From the human T2T-CHM13v2.0 reference genome, Homo sapiens, in NCBI RefSeq assembly GCF_009914755.1, contig NC_060942.1: a DNA stretch of 64,000 nt. One strand, written 5' to 3'. Below are positions 12,913 to 29,382 of the stretch, piece after piece. The notes under the pieces are model-generated. The model was not told the origin of the DNA, searched no databases, and worked only from the letters and a program-made list of their open reading frames with translations. Both the position numbers and the translations under genes were made by a program. How positions within the stretch are numbered: the stretch's first letter is position 1; every line of letters begins with the position of its first letter.

Positions 12913-13599
12913 AATTCCATTTATTTTCTAAGCCACCTCCCCTTATTCTTATCCTGTGAAATAATACCAGCTCTTATATACTTAGCATCTGAAGACAGAG
13001 ATTATTAGTACCCTTAAAAAGCAGAAGGCTGCTAGCCATGGAGATGATTTTTTGTTTCTATTAAAATTCTCTCTTTACTCAGTTCATTGAATCTGGAGAC
13101 AAAGATGAAGTCAGCCTATCAAGGTGATGGGTTGTCATCAAATACTGAAACCATGGTTGATTTTCCATATATTGAGCCAGATTTAGACATTCTTGTGTCT
13201 CCTCCTTGAAGTTAATAAGGCATCTCCACCTATTCATTTCTTCCTTAAAAAGCTTTCACACTTAGAAAAAAAGTTAATGAGTCATGAGCAGAGTGCTCAT
13301 CCCCAAAGAGCGCTTGAGGACTTTGTCTTTTTTTTTTTTTTTTTTTTTTTCTGGCCCCAGGTTTTCTTTTCTTTTTCTTTTTTTTTTTTTTTTTATTATA
13401 CTTTAAGTTTTAGGGTACATGTGCACATTGTGCAGGTTAGTTACATATGTATACATGTGCCATGCTGGTGTGCTGCACCCACTAACTCGTCATCTAGCAT
13501 TAGGTATATCTCCCAATGCTATCCCTCCCCCCTCCCCCCACCCCACCACAGTCCCCAGAGTGTGATATTCCCCTTCCTGTGTCCATGTGATCTCATTGT

Positions 13600-17442
<3,843 letters not shown>

Positions 17443-17490
17443 TTATTTTGCTCGTTAGTTGATGCAGTTTCTTCCTAGTCTCGATGGTCT

Positions 17491-18507
17491 TTACATTTTG
17501 GCATGATTTTGCAGCGGCTGGTACCGGTTGTTCCTTTCCATGTTTAGCGCTTCCTTCAGGAGCTCTTTTAGGGCAGGCCTGGTGGTGACAAAATCTCTCA
17601 GCATTTGCTTGTCTGTAAAGTATTTTATTTCTCCTTCACTTATGAAGTTTAATTTGGCTGGATATGAAATTCTGGGTTGAAAATTCTTTTCTTTAAGAAT
17701 GTTGAATATTGGCCCCCACTCTCTTCTGGCTTGTAGGGTTTCTGCCGAGAGATCTGCTGTTAGTCTGATGGGCTTCCCTTTGGGGGTAACCCGACCTTTC
17801 TCTCTGGCTGCCCTTAACATTTTTTCTTTCATTTCAACTTTGGTGAATCTGACAATTATGTGTCTTGGAGTTGCTCTTCTCGAGGAGTATCTTTGTGGCG
17901 TTCTCTGTATTTCCTGAATCTGAACGTTGGCCTGCCTTGCTAGATTGGGGAAGTTCTCCTGGATAATATCCTGCAGAGTGTTTTCCAACTTGGTTCCATT
18001 CTCCCCATCACTTTCAGGTACACCAATCAGACGTAGATTTGGTCTTTTCACATAGTCCCATATTTCTTGGAGGCTTTGCTCATTTCTTTTTATTCTTTTT
18101 TCTCTAAACTTCCCTTCTCGCTTCATTTCATTCATTTCATCTTCCATCGCTGATACCCTTTCTTCCAGTTGATCGCATCAGCTCCTGAGGCTTCTGCATT
18201 CTTCACGTAGTTCTCGAGCCTTGGTTTTCAGCTCCATCAGCTCCTTTAAGCACTTCTCTGTATTGGTTATTCTAGTTATACATTCTTCTAAATTTTTTTC
18301 AAAGTTTTCAACTTCTTTGCCTTTGGTTTGAATGTCCTCCCGTAGCTCAGAGTAATTTGATCGTCTGAAGCCTTCTTCTCTCAGCTTGTCAAAGTCATTC
18401 TCCATCCAGCTTTGTTCCGTTGCTGGTGAGGAACTGTGTTCCTTTGGAGGAGGAGAGGCGCTCTGCTTTTTAGAGTTTCCAGTTTTTCTGTTCTGTTTTT
18501 TCCCCAT
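17491..18507 (-). pseudogene. LINE-1 ORF1 with premature stop (R110*)
   Basis: The 1017-bp frame is split into 109-aa and 218-aa ORFs in the same frame. TGA at 18180-18178 sits where the consensus reads LRS-R-CDQ (CGA). Confidence 0.95.
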
Positions 18508-19414
18508 CTTTGTGGTTTTATCTACTTTTGGTCTTTGATGATGGTGATGTACAGATGGGTTTTTGGTGTGGATGTCCTTTCTGTATGTTAGTTTTCCTTC
18601 TAACAGACAGGACCCTCAGCTGCAGGTCTGTTGGAATACCCTGCCGTATGAGGTGTCAGTGTGCCCCTGCTGGGGGGTGCCTCCCAGTTAGGCTGCTCAG
18701 GGGTCAGGGGTCAGAGACCCACTTGAGGAGGCAGTCTGCCCGTTCTCAGATCTCCAGCTGTGTGCTGGGAGAACCACTGCTCTCTTCAAAGCTGTCAGAC
18801 AGGGACATTTAAGTCTGCAGAGGTTACTGCTATCTTTTTGTTTGTCTGTGCCCTGTCCTCAGAGGTGGAGCCTACAGAGGCAGGCAGGCCTCCTTGAGCT
18901 GTGGTGGGCTCCACCCAGTTCGAGCTTCCCGCTGCTTTGTTTACCTAAGCAAGCCTGGGCAATGGCGGGCGCCCCTCCCGCAGCCTGGCTGCTGCCTTGC
19001 AGTTTGATCTCAGACTGCTGTGCTAGCAATCAGCGAGACTCCGTGGGCGTAGGACCCTCCGAGCCAGGTGTGGGATATAGTCTCGTGGTGCGCCGTTTTT
19101 TAAGCCGGTCTGAAAAGCGCAATATTCGGGTGGGAGTGACCCGATTTTCCAGGTGCGTCCGTCACCCCTTTCTTTGACTCGGAAAGGGAACTCCCTGACC
19201 CCTTGCGCTTCCCAGGTGAGGCAATGCCTCGCCCTGCTTCGGCTCGCGCACGGTGCGCGCACCCACTGGCCTGCGCCCACTGTCTGGCACTCCCTAGTGA
19301 GATGAACCCGGTACCTCAGATGGAAATGCAGAAATCACCGGTCTTCTGCGTCGCTCAGGCTGGGAGCTGTAGACCGGAGCTGTTCCTATTCGGCCATCTT
19401 GGCTCCTCCCCCCC
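18508..19414 (-). promoter_or_regulatory. L1 5' UTR CpG-rich sense/antisense promoter with intact YY1 site
   Basis: Many CpGs retained. The YY1 motif AAGATGGCCG is present near 19391-19400 on the minus strand. Confidence 0.85.
18962..19177 (+). CDS. LINE-1 ORF0 (antisense, 71 aa)
   Basis: ATG at 18962 gives MAGAPPAAWLLPCSLISDCCASNQRDSVGVGPSEPG...RCVRHPFL*, matching primate L1 ORF0. Confidence 0.88.
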   Translation: MAGAPPAAWLLPCSLISDCCASNQRDSVGVGPSEPGVGYSLVVRRFLSRSEKRNIRVGVTRFSRCVRHPFL

Positions 19415-21069
19415 GAGGACTATGTCTTGATAGAGAACGTGCATTGACTTGGCGAGGGAGATACTTTGAGAGGACTGAATCTATTTCCAGTAAATCATAA
19501 ATGAAATACCAGGTGACAGTTTGAGGATCATATTAATTTATTTAGAAAAGCAAAGCAAATTCTGGATCTAAATTTGGAAATGAAGCAATTAAACATATAG
19601 GATCATAAGGAAAAATTCTGACGAATTATCCAAAGAAAGCTGTAAAGGCTGGTAGGGAGGTTTCCTCAACTTTCTGTGCCTGGGATTGTTTAAGGGAGCT
19701 CACTTTTCTCATACAAAGACTCTCACTGTGGCAAGAACATTACTGCAGTCTTAGGCATCACATTCTTGTTCAGGTCAGAAGCAAGCGCTCCAGTGATGCC
19801 TGTCTCTTTATTAGGACAGCAAAATCCACATTGCCTTCCAGTTATGTCTTATTGATCAGAAATCCCATGTCCCCCTGAGCTCCAAGGGATGCTTGGAAAT
19901 GAGCGTGTAGCTTTTCAGTCACTCTAATGGAGTTAGGGAGAAGAGGGTTGGGAATGGAGTTTCTGTATGCCATGAAGAGTGCCTGCCACATTTTCTTCCT
20001 TCATTCACTCTGCCTACTCATGCTAATCTCAATGCTCAGCACAAGTCTCACCTCTTCCAGGAAGCCAAGCTCTACTTTTGCTCCAGCCTGACGAGTTTTC
20101 TTCAAACCCTGAACTCAGCTCTTGTTTTCCTGTGTCTAGGTCTTCTCTCCTCAACCAACAAAAGTATCCTGAAAGCAGAATCTGCTTATATGTCTTTGCA
20201 TATCTTGCAGTGTTCACTACAGAGCTTTGCACATAGTATTAATAGGTATTCAGCAAAAATTGTATTAGAATGATAGAGTGTGTCTTTTCTCACTGTAAAA
20301 TATGAAGCAAAATTTAAAAAGCATTAAAAATGTAAACCAATTCCCCATCAAACCCTCACCCATACTCTAAAACCCACCTGAAATACCACTTAGTCCATGA
20401 AGCCATCTTTAATCCCCTTGACAGTCCTGAATTGTCTCTCCTTTGAATTTTTATGCTATGTAAACAAAAGATGGTCTAATGCTCTACTTATTTCCTTTCC
20501 CTTCTTGAAGAATTTACTCTAGAGTGGGCAGTTATATGTAACTTTGCCTCCTTGACCCCTGCTGAGTTGACTACAATGGACACTGGACCCATATTAGAGC
20601 CAATCATATAGTTTTTCCTGGGATATGTAATTGAAAACAGAGACCGGGTCATTAAGATGGTGCTGGGTTACTGGTACTAATAAGACCATGTACAGTTGCA
20701 TTCAGAGTGGGTGCCATGACAACCCATACTTCTCACAAATATTGATTGACTGAAGGCCTAATAAGTGCCCATCATTGTATGGGGCAATAGGGGAAAAAAT
20801 CAGCTCAAACACCTGCTCTCATGGATCCTCTATTCTAGTTGCAGGGCTTCATTTTAGCTATAGTCAGGCAAAATTACAGAAGAGCAGAAACTAGGAAGCT
20901 AAGAGCAAGACAATCTGCAGCAAAGAGAATTGAGCGGGTTGACAAGAGACTCTGCAGCCTCTGAAAGACAGACTTGGAGATTTGGAGATTTGAGCTCACA
21001 TAGTTCCCATGGGGCCCAACTATGCTTCTACCACTACCTCTATTGCTATTGTTGCTGCTATTACTGGCT

Positions 21070-21265
21070 AACATCTATTAAGTACTTACTATGTTCCAAG
21101 CACTAGGCAAATTTCTTGATGTGCATCTAATAGTTTCAATACCCTTATGATCCAGACACTTTTGTTATTTCCATTTTATAAGCGAAGGCTCTGAGATGGT
21201 AGTGAGTTACTTGAGAATGCCAGCCAGTAAATGACGTAACAGGAACTTGAATTACAGGCCATACT
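21070..21265. mobile_element. MIR fragment
   Basis: 'aagtacttactatgttccaagcact..ccattttataagcgaaggctctgag..aggaacttgaa'. Confidence 0.6.
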
Positions 21266-22592
21266 GTTTGCAAATTGGTCTCATCTTATTACTCTGTATT
21301 CCTAAAATACCCTTGTAATAAACTAGCTTTACTGGGTGTCTGCCCCTTCCAATCAACAGGTACCTTAGATAGCTTGCTATGTTTAGCTTAGACTGCAGGC
21401 AGGTAGACAGAGTAGTTCTCTATTTTTCTATCATTCTACAAATAGAATTGTAGCAAAAATAAACCCCATTTTGAAAATGTTCAAAGTTAGACATTTGTAT
21501 CAGTGTTTTGGTTTGAATATTCATTTCTTCAGTTGTATGACTAAAATTAGTGGTTTCGTCCTTTGTGGGCACCTGAGCCCTGGCCAGAGGGGTAGGGTTG
21601 GGAGGGGGCTGGCAAGAGAGTTTAGACAAGGAGGGTGTAAATACATAGGCATATCAATAAATGTTTGTAAACCAAGTAAATAATATATCTTGCACACATG
21701 TGAACCATGTGTTCTAAATGGAGAAGTAGTTAATATCTATAAAACAAGGATTCCTGTAAAATAATTACTGAACCCATACTAGCTTTTTGTCAGATATTTT
21801 CTATATCAACAGACACTATAATTGAGGGATATATGAGTCTGCCCTTTTTCTAAAATTAAGAGTAAATCCTCATAATTAGAAGTTGAGAATCACTATAGTA
21901 AATTCTATTAAAAGGATATCAAGCCTTTATAATGTGAAAGGCAGATATGCTGCTGTCATTCACAAATCCCATCTAAATAGCAGGCAGCTCTCACTGATAA
22001 GGACACGCTTTCTGACAGGTTCCAATACAACCTCACACTCTCATTATGATGCTCAAGCAGCCTCTACCAATGGATTGGAGTTAGCCTGTGAGATGCTGCC
22101 TTTCTTGTTTAGAAAATGAAGAACTCATGTTGTTCAATGACCATCCCGTGATTTTTCCTAGGGTCCAGATAGAGCATTGAGAATCAGCCAGTTAGTTTTA
22201 CCAGACACGTCTTGCTTATTTGGCTTTGTGTCAGTGTTCTTGAGTCACCAAATCTGGTGCCTTTCTCATTTCAGTTTGTCAACTGGGTAAAACAAAACTT
22301 ACCTCTGTATATGGTATTAATAAACAAATGTTGTTGAGCTTCTGTAGAGAGCAGTAGTTGTGGAGTAAATGTTATGGCATAATTGAAATTATGTCTTTTA
22401 ACTCCCTAAGCAACAGACCTCCCTCCCCACCTGCTTAAAAGTTGGAGTTATTATTCACATCCTGTTTAAAAATAGCACAAAATCTGCAGCAGGATGGGCG
22501 TGGAAGTTGTCTGTAGCTTTAATCACTAATGACCTCATCTTCAAATGGTCAGTGATAATAAACAAGAAGGAGGGATTTCCAAGGGAGCAGAG

Positions 22593-22851
22593 CATTAATA
22601 AGGTAAGATTTTAAAATTAATTTTTCAAGTTAATTAAAATGTCCAAAAGCACAATAAAACTACAGAAAATCTGGCAAGGGAATGGCAGCAGGACTGATTA
22701 ATGCAAGTCAATTGTCTTCTGAGGGTAATAGTAATAATGATGAGATTATGGATATGGAAGAACCTGCTAAAAAGAAATGTGATGCATGTGGAATACAAAC
22801 TGCGTCCCAGTTACTATTTTATGGTGCACAATGGATCTTATTAAGGAGGAA
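22593..22851 (+). repeat. Ancient dispersed element, copy 1 (paralog of 51467-51732)
   Basis: Shared blocks: cattaataaggtaagat, attaatttttcaagt, ctgattaatgcaagtca, aataatgatgagattatgga, gatgcatgtggaata, tattaagga. Confidence 0.85.
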
Positions 22852-25349
22852 TAGCAGCAAGAATTACCACTGAATTGCTCAATAAAAGTATTGTGTAATT
22901 AACAGTGTTGGAGCAGCAGCTGGAGTGATGCCTCCCATTGATGTTCCATATTCTCCATTTACAGTTTGCTAAGGGATGTAGGTTCTAACTAAGACTGTTT
23001 GTTTATTTGACCATGAAACAGTAAACATTTGTCAAGCAGGGCACTAAGCTAAGAGACATGAGCCTGTAAGGATGAGTAAGGCACTGCTTTGGCCCTCAGG
23101 GGGCTTATGTTCAAATAGGGGAGATGAGATAGGAATGTAATTAACTCTAATACAATGCAGATTGTGTTGAAACCTTCCATAGAGGTCAAAAGAGAGAGAA
23201 ATTACTTTTAACAAAAGGGATTTAGCAGAAGCACCTGGGAATCTATGGCATTTGAGAAGGGCTCTGGCTTTGATGTTGGCAAGATTTTTGACAGGTAGAG
23301 ATAATAATAATTCTCTACTTGTGAGTTCTTCAATTTTTGAAAAAGCCATATGGTATACAAATAATGTCATCAAGCCAAATAGGAAACGATAGAAGTATAT
23401 TTGTGGTGAAGGGGAGGTCAAAGGGGAGATACGTCTTTCAACAATATGTTGAGAGCACTATGTTGGCACATGAAATGGTAATATTTAATACCATGCAAAT
23501 ATATGTTGCACAAAGGGGACTTTGAACATTTTCGAATCAAGCAATTATGGTTGAGCCAGACATGCTTGGCCTTACCCTTGCTTTAGGTAGCTACTCTGAT
23601 TGCATAGTGGACTTGGGGGACAAGAAGCAGGTCATACAAACAATTTTGGGATGCCGCAGCAATAGAACATGATGCAAATGATGGGAGCCTAAATTTACAA
23701 GATGTGCTCTGTGAAAACAGAAAGGAGAAAACACTTGTCAGTAACATTGTGGATACAGAACTAACAAAACTTGAATGAAGAAGAGGGAGAGGTCAAAGAT
23801 GACCACCAGCTTTTGAGTTTGGGCCACCAGAAGGATGGCCGGGTGAATGCCAACAATTTGGTGGATGAAAGGGCTTTGGGCTAATAATGAAGATGCGTTG
23901 GTACAATAATGACTGATGCACCAGGACAGGTACTTCTCCTGCCTCATCCAGCTGAGGTCAGCCTCCATCTTTTCAGTATGAAGCTGAACTTGAGATAATG
24001 CTTCTTAGATTCTATGATGATATTGAGTTTAGGCGCCATCAGAATGTGCTTGTGAGATGCTGGCATGGAAAGAGATGTTCTTCGAGCATGGTCAGAGGAT
24101 TATTTAAACATCATCCACTTATGCACTGATGTATTTCAGGGTCATTTAGAATGACAGCTGAGCTTTTCAGTCTCCAAAGTGGAGACAGGGTTGCTGTGAA
24201 GCTCAGTTCTGAGGTCCTGGAAGGAGTCTGGACCCCAGATCATGGGATACAACTGACTTTTAGTTTGGTTTTTATAAGGTTATCTTTAGGCCTCCTTTTG
24301 ATTTTCTTTTAGCTCCAAAGAATTCATTCCACACTTCCTTTCTCATTGGGTTTCTATTATTTCTGGCTATATTTTCTTTACCCAGCTGCCTTTGTTTCTG
24401 GCATTGGCGCTGATGAGCACAGAAGGTGTTGAAGCATAGAAGCCAGCTGACCCAGAGTATAATGAAGCACTAAGATGGAGTGGAAGAATTGCCAAGAAAT
24501 TCAAGCTGGGGTAGGTTATAGTCTAAAGGCTCATTCTATACCAGGCTCATAAATCTAGTTCATTTTCAACTCCCTTGTTTCCTTAGTCCCTTGTAACAAT
24601 TTACCAGTAGGACATAAAGTTTCTAGCTTTGTTACGTCTCAGATCCATCCCTACCTCTCTAGCTCCAAGGTCACAGTCATAGTTTTGCTGTCAGTCTTCT
24701 TTCATGAGGGCTAGTATAATCTCACTGGTGCTCTGAACTCTATCTGGTCGTCTTCCAGCTATTCTGTGCACTGCAGTGCACAATATCTTCATTTTCAGGA
24801 TTCTCCAAAGCCTCTATGGCTCTCCGTTGTTCCTGAAATCAGATTTAAAACCCTGATCCTGGACGTTCAGTCTCTCCCTTGGTCATGGCCCTCCTGAGAC
24901 GTCCTTGCCACCTGCTGCCACCTACCCGTGTTTTGCTCCTGTCGGTAAACAGCCTTGCTGTACACCACACACCATTTTATGGCAGCCACTTCGGAAAAGC
25001 TGTCGGCACCACGGCCTCCTAAAGTGCCATTTTTCTCTGCTTCCCCCACATCTGTCTCAAATTTCCTTTAGAGGTCTTTCTTTTTAGGATCAGGCAAGCT
25101 ACTTCTTGGCATGAGTCGGTGTGTCTCTGTCACCCTAAATGCAGGTGGACAGAATGCAGGTTACCAAACCCTTTCTTTTTTTAGCAGGCTGTGAGGCCAA
25201 TCTTATCCTTTCTGGTAAGTCTGCCGGTTGATAACTTTTCCTTTCTGCATTGAGCATCATCTTATTAGCTCTATTCTTCAGTTGTCTGAAAAAATTACTG
25301 CACTGTTAAGTCTCCTGCTAAACATAGACTGTAGAAATATGGCTTACAG

Positions 25350-25530
25350 AAGATCACAGTACTTTCCAAAGTGTACTTGGATTAAAAAAAATGGGTTCTA
25401 GTTTCACGCAAGTATGAGAAATCCTGGATTAAGCAGAGCTAAACAGGTTTCTTTCTGGGGGACTACTTAGAGATTTTAATGATGTATATTTTAGATCTCC
25501 AAGAAGGGGTATTTCATGATCCATCAAAAT
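25350..25530. mobile_element. MER103-like hAT-Charlie fragment
   Basis: 'gagaaatcctggattaagcagagctaaacaggtttcttt..ggact..agagattttaat' resembles recalled MER103. Confidence 0.55.
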
Positions 25531-26079
25531 TAGGGGTAACTCTCCTCTCTGGGGGCAGGCTCTCTTTTGATTTCTTTTTTCTTATTGCAATGAAATGTAA
25601 ATTTCAAGACATCCAGAGATATAAACGAACTGAAAGAGACTGGATTTTTTTGTTTCCAACATGATGCAGCGCTAAATACCACCAGGGTATTATTGCCTCT
25701 GGCTGAAGGTGAATAAAGCCTTTGGCTCTCAGAAGTGTTCAGGGCCCAGAACTGGCACAGTTCACTGTCTTTAGGGAAGAATGACAGAGAGATGCCTTCT
25801 GCCTGCAGCCACGTCCCTGCCAGCACAAAAGGGCAACCGTTCTAAAAAGGGAAACGTGGTCTCAATGCTTCTCACTGCTTTCCTGAGGAAAGAAATTGCA
25901 GACCACAAGGGTGACAGCAAAACTCAACATTCTTACCTCATTTAGGACGCTTAGGAGTAGGTCCCCTCTCCCTTTATTCTTAAGGCATTCAAAAGAAAAC
26001 CTTACTTTTAAACGTCTCACGGGGAAACGGCACACTTTTCATGCTTTGCTTCTTTGTTGCTAATGCATAAGCTCTGCTC

Positions 26080-26720
26080 TGGTTAGTCCATGCTGGCTAC
26101 ATCCCAGCTCCTGCACGTCCCACGCCCACGTCTTCCCTCCCAGCTCTGTACCCAGTAGGTTCGCTGCTGTAGAGGGCGCCATGTGCACCGTGCACCCTTT
26201 TCTTCAATACCCACCTCCCTCCCTCTTTGGTCCTGCTCCGGAGCCCGGTCCTGCTCCGAAGCCCGGTCCTGCTCCGACCCCACCTCCCATGGGCAGCCCC
26301 TACCCATGGCTCCAGACCTCAGTGTCCTGCAACGGGGAGGGGGAGGGGGAAGCTCTCTCCTCCCCCTGCCCTTGACCTGGGGTGGCCAAGGCTTCCCACG
26401 GCTGCTAATTTCCAGGTGCCTCAACCTCTCTTTGGGCGTTCCCTTCACTCTGCCTACAGCTCTGCAAATAGTCCCGTCAGTGGCTAAAGCCTCTGGAACC
26501 TTCCGAGTTGGGTCCTCTTTCTTGCTGGACCCTGAGTGAGACAGTATATTTTCAGGAAACGTACGCAGGTCCCTCACATGAAAATACCGGAGAGCCGTCA
26601 CAGTGTGTCATTGCCACCTCCTTCCCCTGACAGACAAGGAGCGCAGCTGGGCCGCAGGTGGGGAGTCTCCCTTGGGATCAGAGCAGGGGGCCCAGCAGGC
26701 CGTTTGCCCAGCCTCATGTA
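26080..26720. promoter_or_regulatory. GC/CpG-enriched non-repeat segment, candidate cis-regulatory element with a CTCF-like motif
   Basis: About 20 or more CpGs in 640 bp by eye, against a CpG-poor background. 'gctgtagagggcgcc' at 26166-26180 resembles the CTCF core. G-rich run at 26334-26349. Confidence 0.5.
26229..26280. repeat. 18-bp minisatellite, about 3 copies
   Basis: ggtcctgctccggagccc / ggtcctgctccgaagccc / ggtcctgctccgaccc. Confidence 0.9.
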
Positions 26721-27124
26721 GCCAAGAAGCCCTTTTTGGTGGAGGGAATCTCAGGGGATTAGTATTACAAAGGACCCATTTTGAAAAGCCCTAGAGCAGA
26801 GTATAGCTCAGGAGGGATGGAGCACATTTAGTGGTTTGCTGATAGCAGGTATTTAGGAGGCTGATCTGGGCCATGCTGGAACCACCTGGCCTGGCAGATG
26901 GCTGCAGTATATTTTAGAGAAGTCCCTAAGTGTGCCTCAGTACACACTGCTCTTCACCTCTGTTCTCTTCAACAATGCGTAAGCAAATCTTGGCTTGATT
27001 TGGCTGGGTGGGGGGCGGGATGCTATTGTAGCTTTTGAAATATATCCCAGGGGATCCTTTTCCTATGCTAGGAACTCTGACCTGTTGCTTTCTGATATTC
27101 CCAGGGAATTGCACTGTCCACTCA

Positions 27125-27200
27125 GAAGTGAGGGGACGTCATTGTCCTCTCTGATCACAGGAAGTGAGGGGACGTCATTGTCCTCTCTGATCACAGGAAG
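27125..27200. repeat. Perfect 36-bp tandem duplication
   Basis: gaagtgaggggacgtcattgtcctctctgatcacag twice, then gaag. Confidence 0.97.
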
Positions 27201-27959
27201 ATGAGTCTCAGAGGTAGGCATAGAAATGCCAGAGCTCTCTTTCGAGAAATAGCGAACTTACCGTAATTTTGGTGTTAGTATGGTAGGCATGCTGGGATGA
27301 GAAGGGACTTGGCAAAAAGGCTTGAACATTACTGAATTTGTTTGTCCTTTAGAAACAGAAAAGATAGGAGCGCACTTTACTCTTTCAGTAACCCTGTGGT
27401 CAGAGTGCAATGGTCAGAGGCCGAGTGGCCTCTTCAAGATGTCCGGGATGCAAGTCCCTGTCCGTATCATGCATCAGTAGCAGCCCTGGGTGAATACGGT
27501 GTCATGGAGCCCTGGGAACGCAGCAGGAGCCCTCATACCTTGTGGCCAGCTGTCTCTCTCTCCCTGCTTTCTGTAGAGCTGGCTACTTTGTAACTCTCCT
27601 GGAGTCCCCCATGAGGCCCCTGTCCTGTGACTCACTGTCCACTCAGACTCTGCTCAGATCACCTACTGAACTGGTCACCACCAGCTGGTGCTTAATTGCC
27701 TCCCTGGCTTTTACTTGGCCTTGAATCACTCCTGGTGCTTACATCAATCTGTTGTCTTCTCCAGAGGCACAGAGTGGAGGAACTTGCTTTGTCTTTATTT
27801 CTCTGCAAATAGAGGACCCCTCCATGGGCAAGGATGAATGGGTTACTCAGAGTTGGATTGTAGTGTCTTGTGGGGCTTTTCCAGGAAACTCCCCCAGATT
27901 GCAGGAAAGAGGGCCTCAATATCCTGCAGGACCTGAAGGGCATCCTACCTAACTCATAA

Positions 27960-28366
<407 letters not shown>

Positions 28367-28640
28367 GCTTCTTTATAGGAAGCAGGATTGGAGGCCTCTA
28401 TCAAGGATAAAATCCATTTTCATCCCATTTCCGAAAGGGCTTTGGTAACCCCAAAAGCGGAAAATGACCTGCTGTAAACCCGATTCTGTTCTCCAACACA
28501 ATCCTTTGCCCTCCCAACAAAGACCTGGGCAAGGATGAAACCATGGGGCAGGACTTCTGTCTCCTACAAATATGCCCAGTTATCTTTGAGAACCCCACTT
28601 ACGATGAACCTGAGCTTGGAAGCTGTCCCAGTCCTCACTC

Positions 28641-28748
28641 TGGGGTGATCATTTTGTCCTGGTTTGGGCAGGACTTCCTGGTTTTAGCACTGAAAGTAAG
28701 TCCCATGTCCCTTCAGTCTCAGGTAAAATGAGATAGCTGGTCACTCTC
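28641..28748. mobile_element. MER81-like hAT-Blackjack MITE
   Basis: gggtgatca...tggtcactct termini with internal 'ggttttagcactgaaagt'. Confidence 0.75.
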
Positions 28749-28967
28749 CCTCACACCCTCTTCCCTTCTGGGCCTGTCATTGCACACTTCACATTGTGTA
28801 TTCACTGCACCTTTCTGTGAGGCTGTGGGCTCCATGAAGAGAGGGGCCCTATCTTGTTCCTCTTCATCTCGCCTCATACCTAGTATTAGAAAGTGCCCCA
28901 TGACAATTTGTTGAGCAGGAATTGCTACTCAAGGCTTAGATGCTGCATAAACAGCTCTACTCTGATT

Positions 28968-29382
28968 TTAAAATTTATTTTTTAAATGTTTACTTTATTT
29001 GACAAATAGTTATTGTGTATATTTACAAGGTTCAATGTGATGTTTTGATAGATGTATACACTGTGGAATGATTATATCAAGCTAATTAACATATCCATCA
29101 CTTCACATACTTATTTTGTTTGTAGTGAGAACATTTGAAATCTACTCTTTGAGAGACTTTGAAATAAGCAGTACATTATTATTAACTATGGTCACTATGC
29201 TATGCAGTAGGTCACTAAAACTTAGTCTTCCCATCTAACTAAAACTTTCTACCTTTTGATCCATATCTCTCCATTCCCCATCCCGCCAACCCTCATTCTA
29301 CTCTCTGCTTCAATGAGTTCAGTATTTTCAGATTCAACATATAAATTAGATCATGCAGTATTTTTCTTTCTGTCCCTGGTTT
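28968..29382 (-). mobile_element. L1MA 3' end fragment
   Basis: 'caatgtgatgttttgata..caagctaattaacatatccatcac..gtgagaacatttgaaatctactct'. Confidence 0.85.

Noticed and set aside
22682-22873. 63-aa ORF whose core (LINASQLSSEG.SNNDEIM..EEP) is shared with the paralog at 51578, with five synonymous changes and a 6-bp indel
   Set aside because: In copy 2 the ATG is out of frame, there is an in-frame TGA and a downstream frameshift. The later changes are non-synonymous and I recognise no protein family. A coding origin is not supported without PhyloCSF or Ribo-seq evidence.
26083-26601. 172-aa ORF with EQDRA repeats
   Set aside because: The GC-rich minisatellite segment explains it. There is no homology or splice evidence.
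27125-27200. CRISPR-like 36-bp direct repeat
   Set aside because: There is no spacer, only two abutting copies, and the context is primate DNA.
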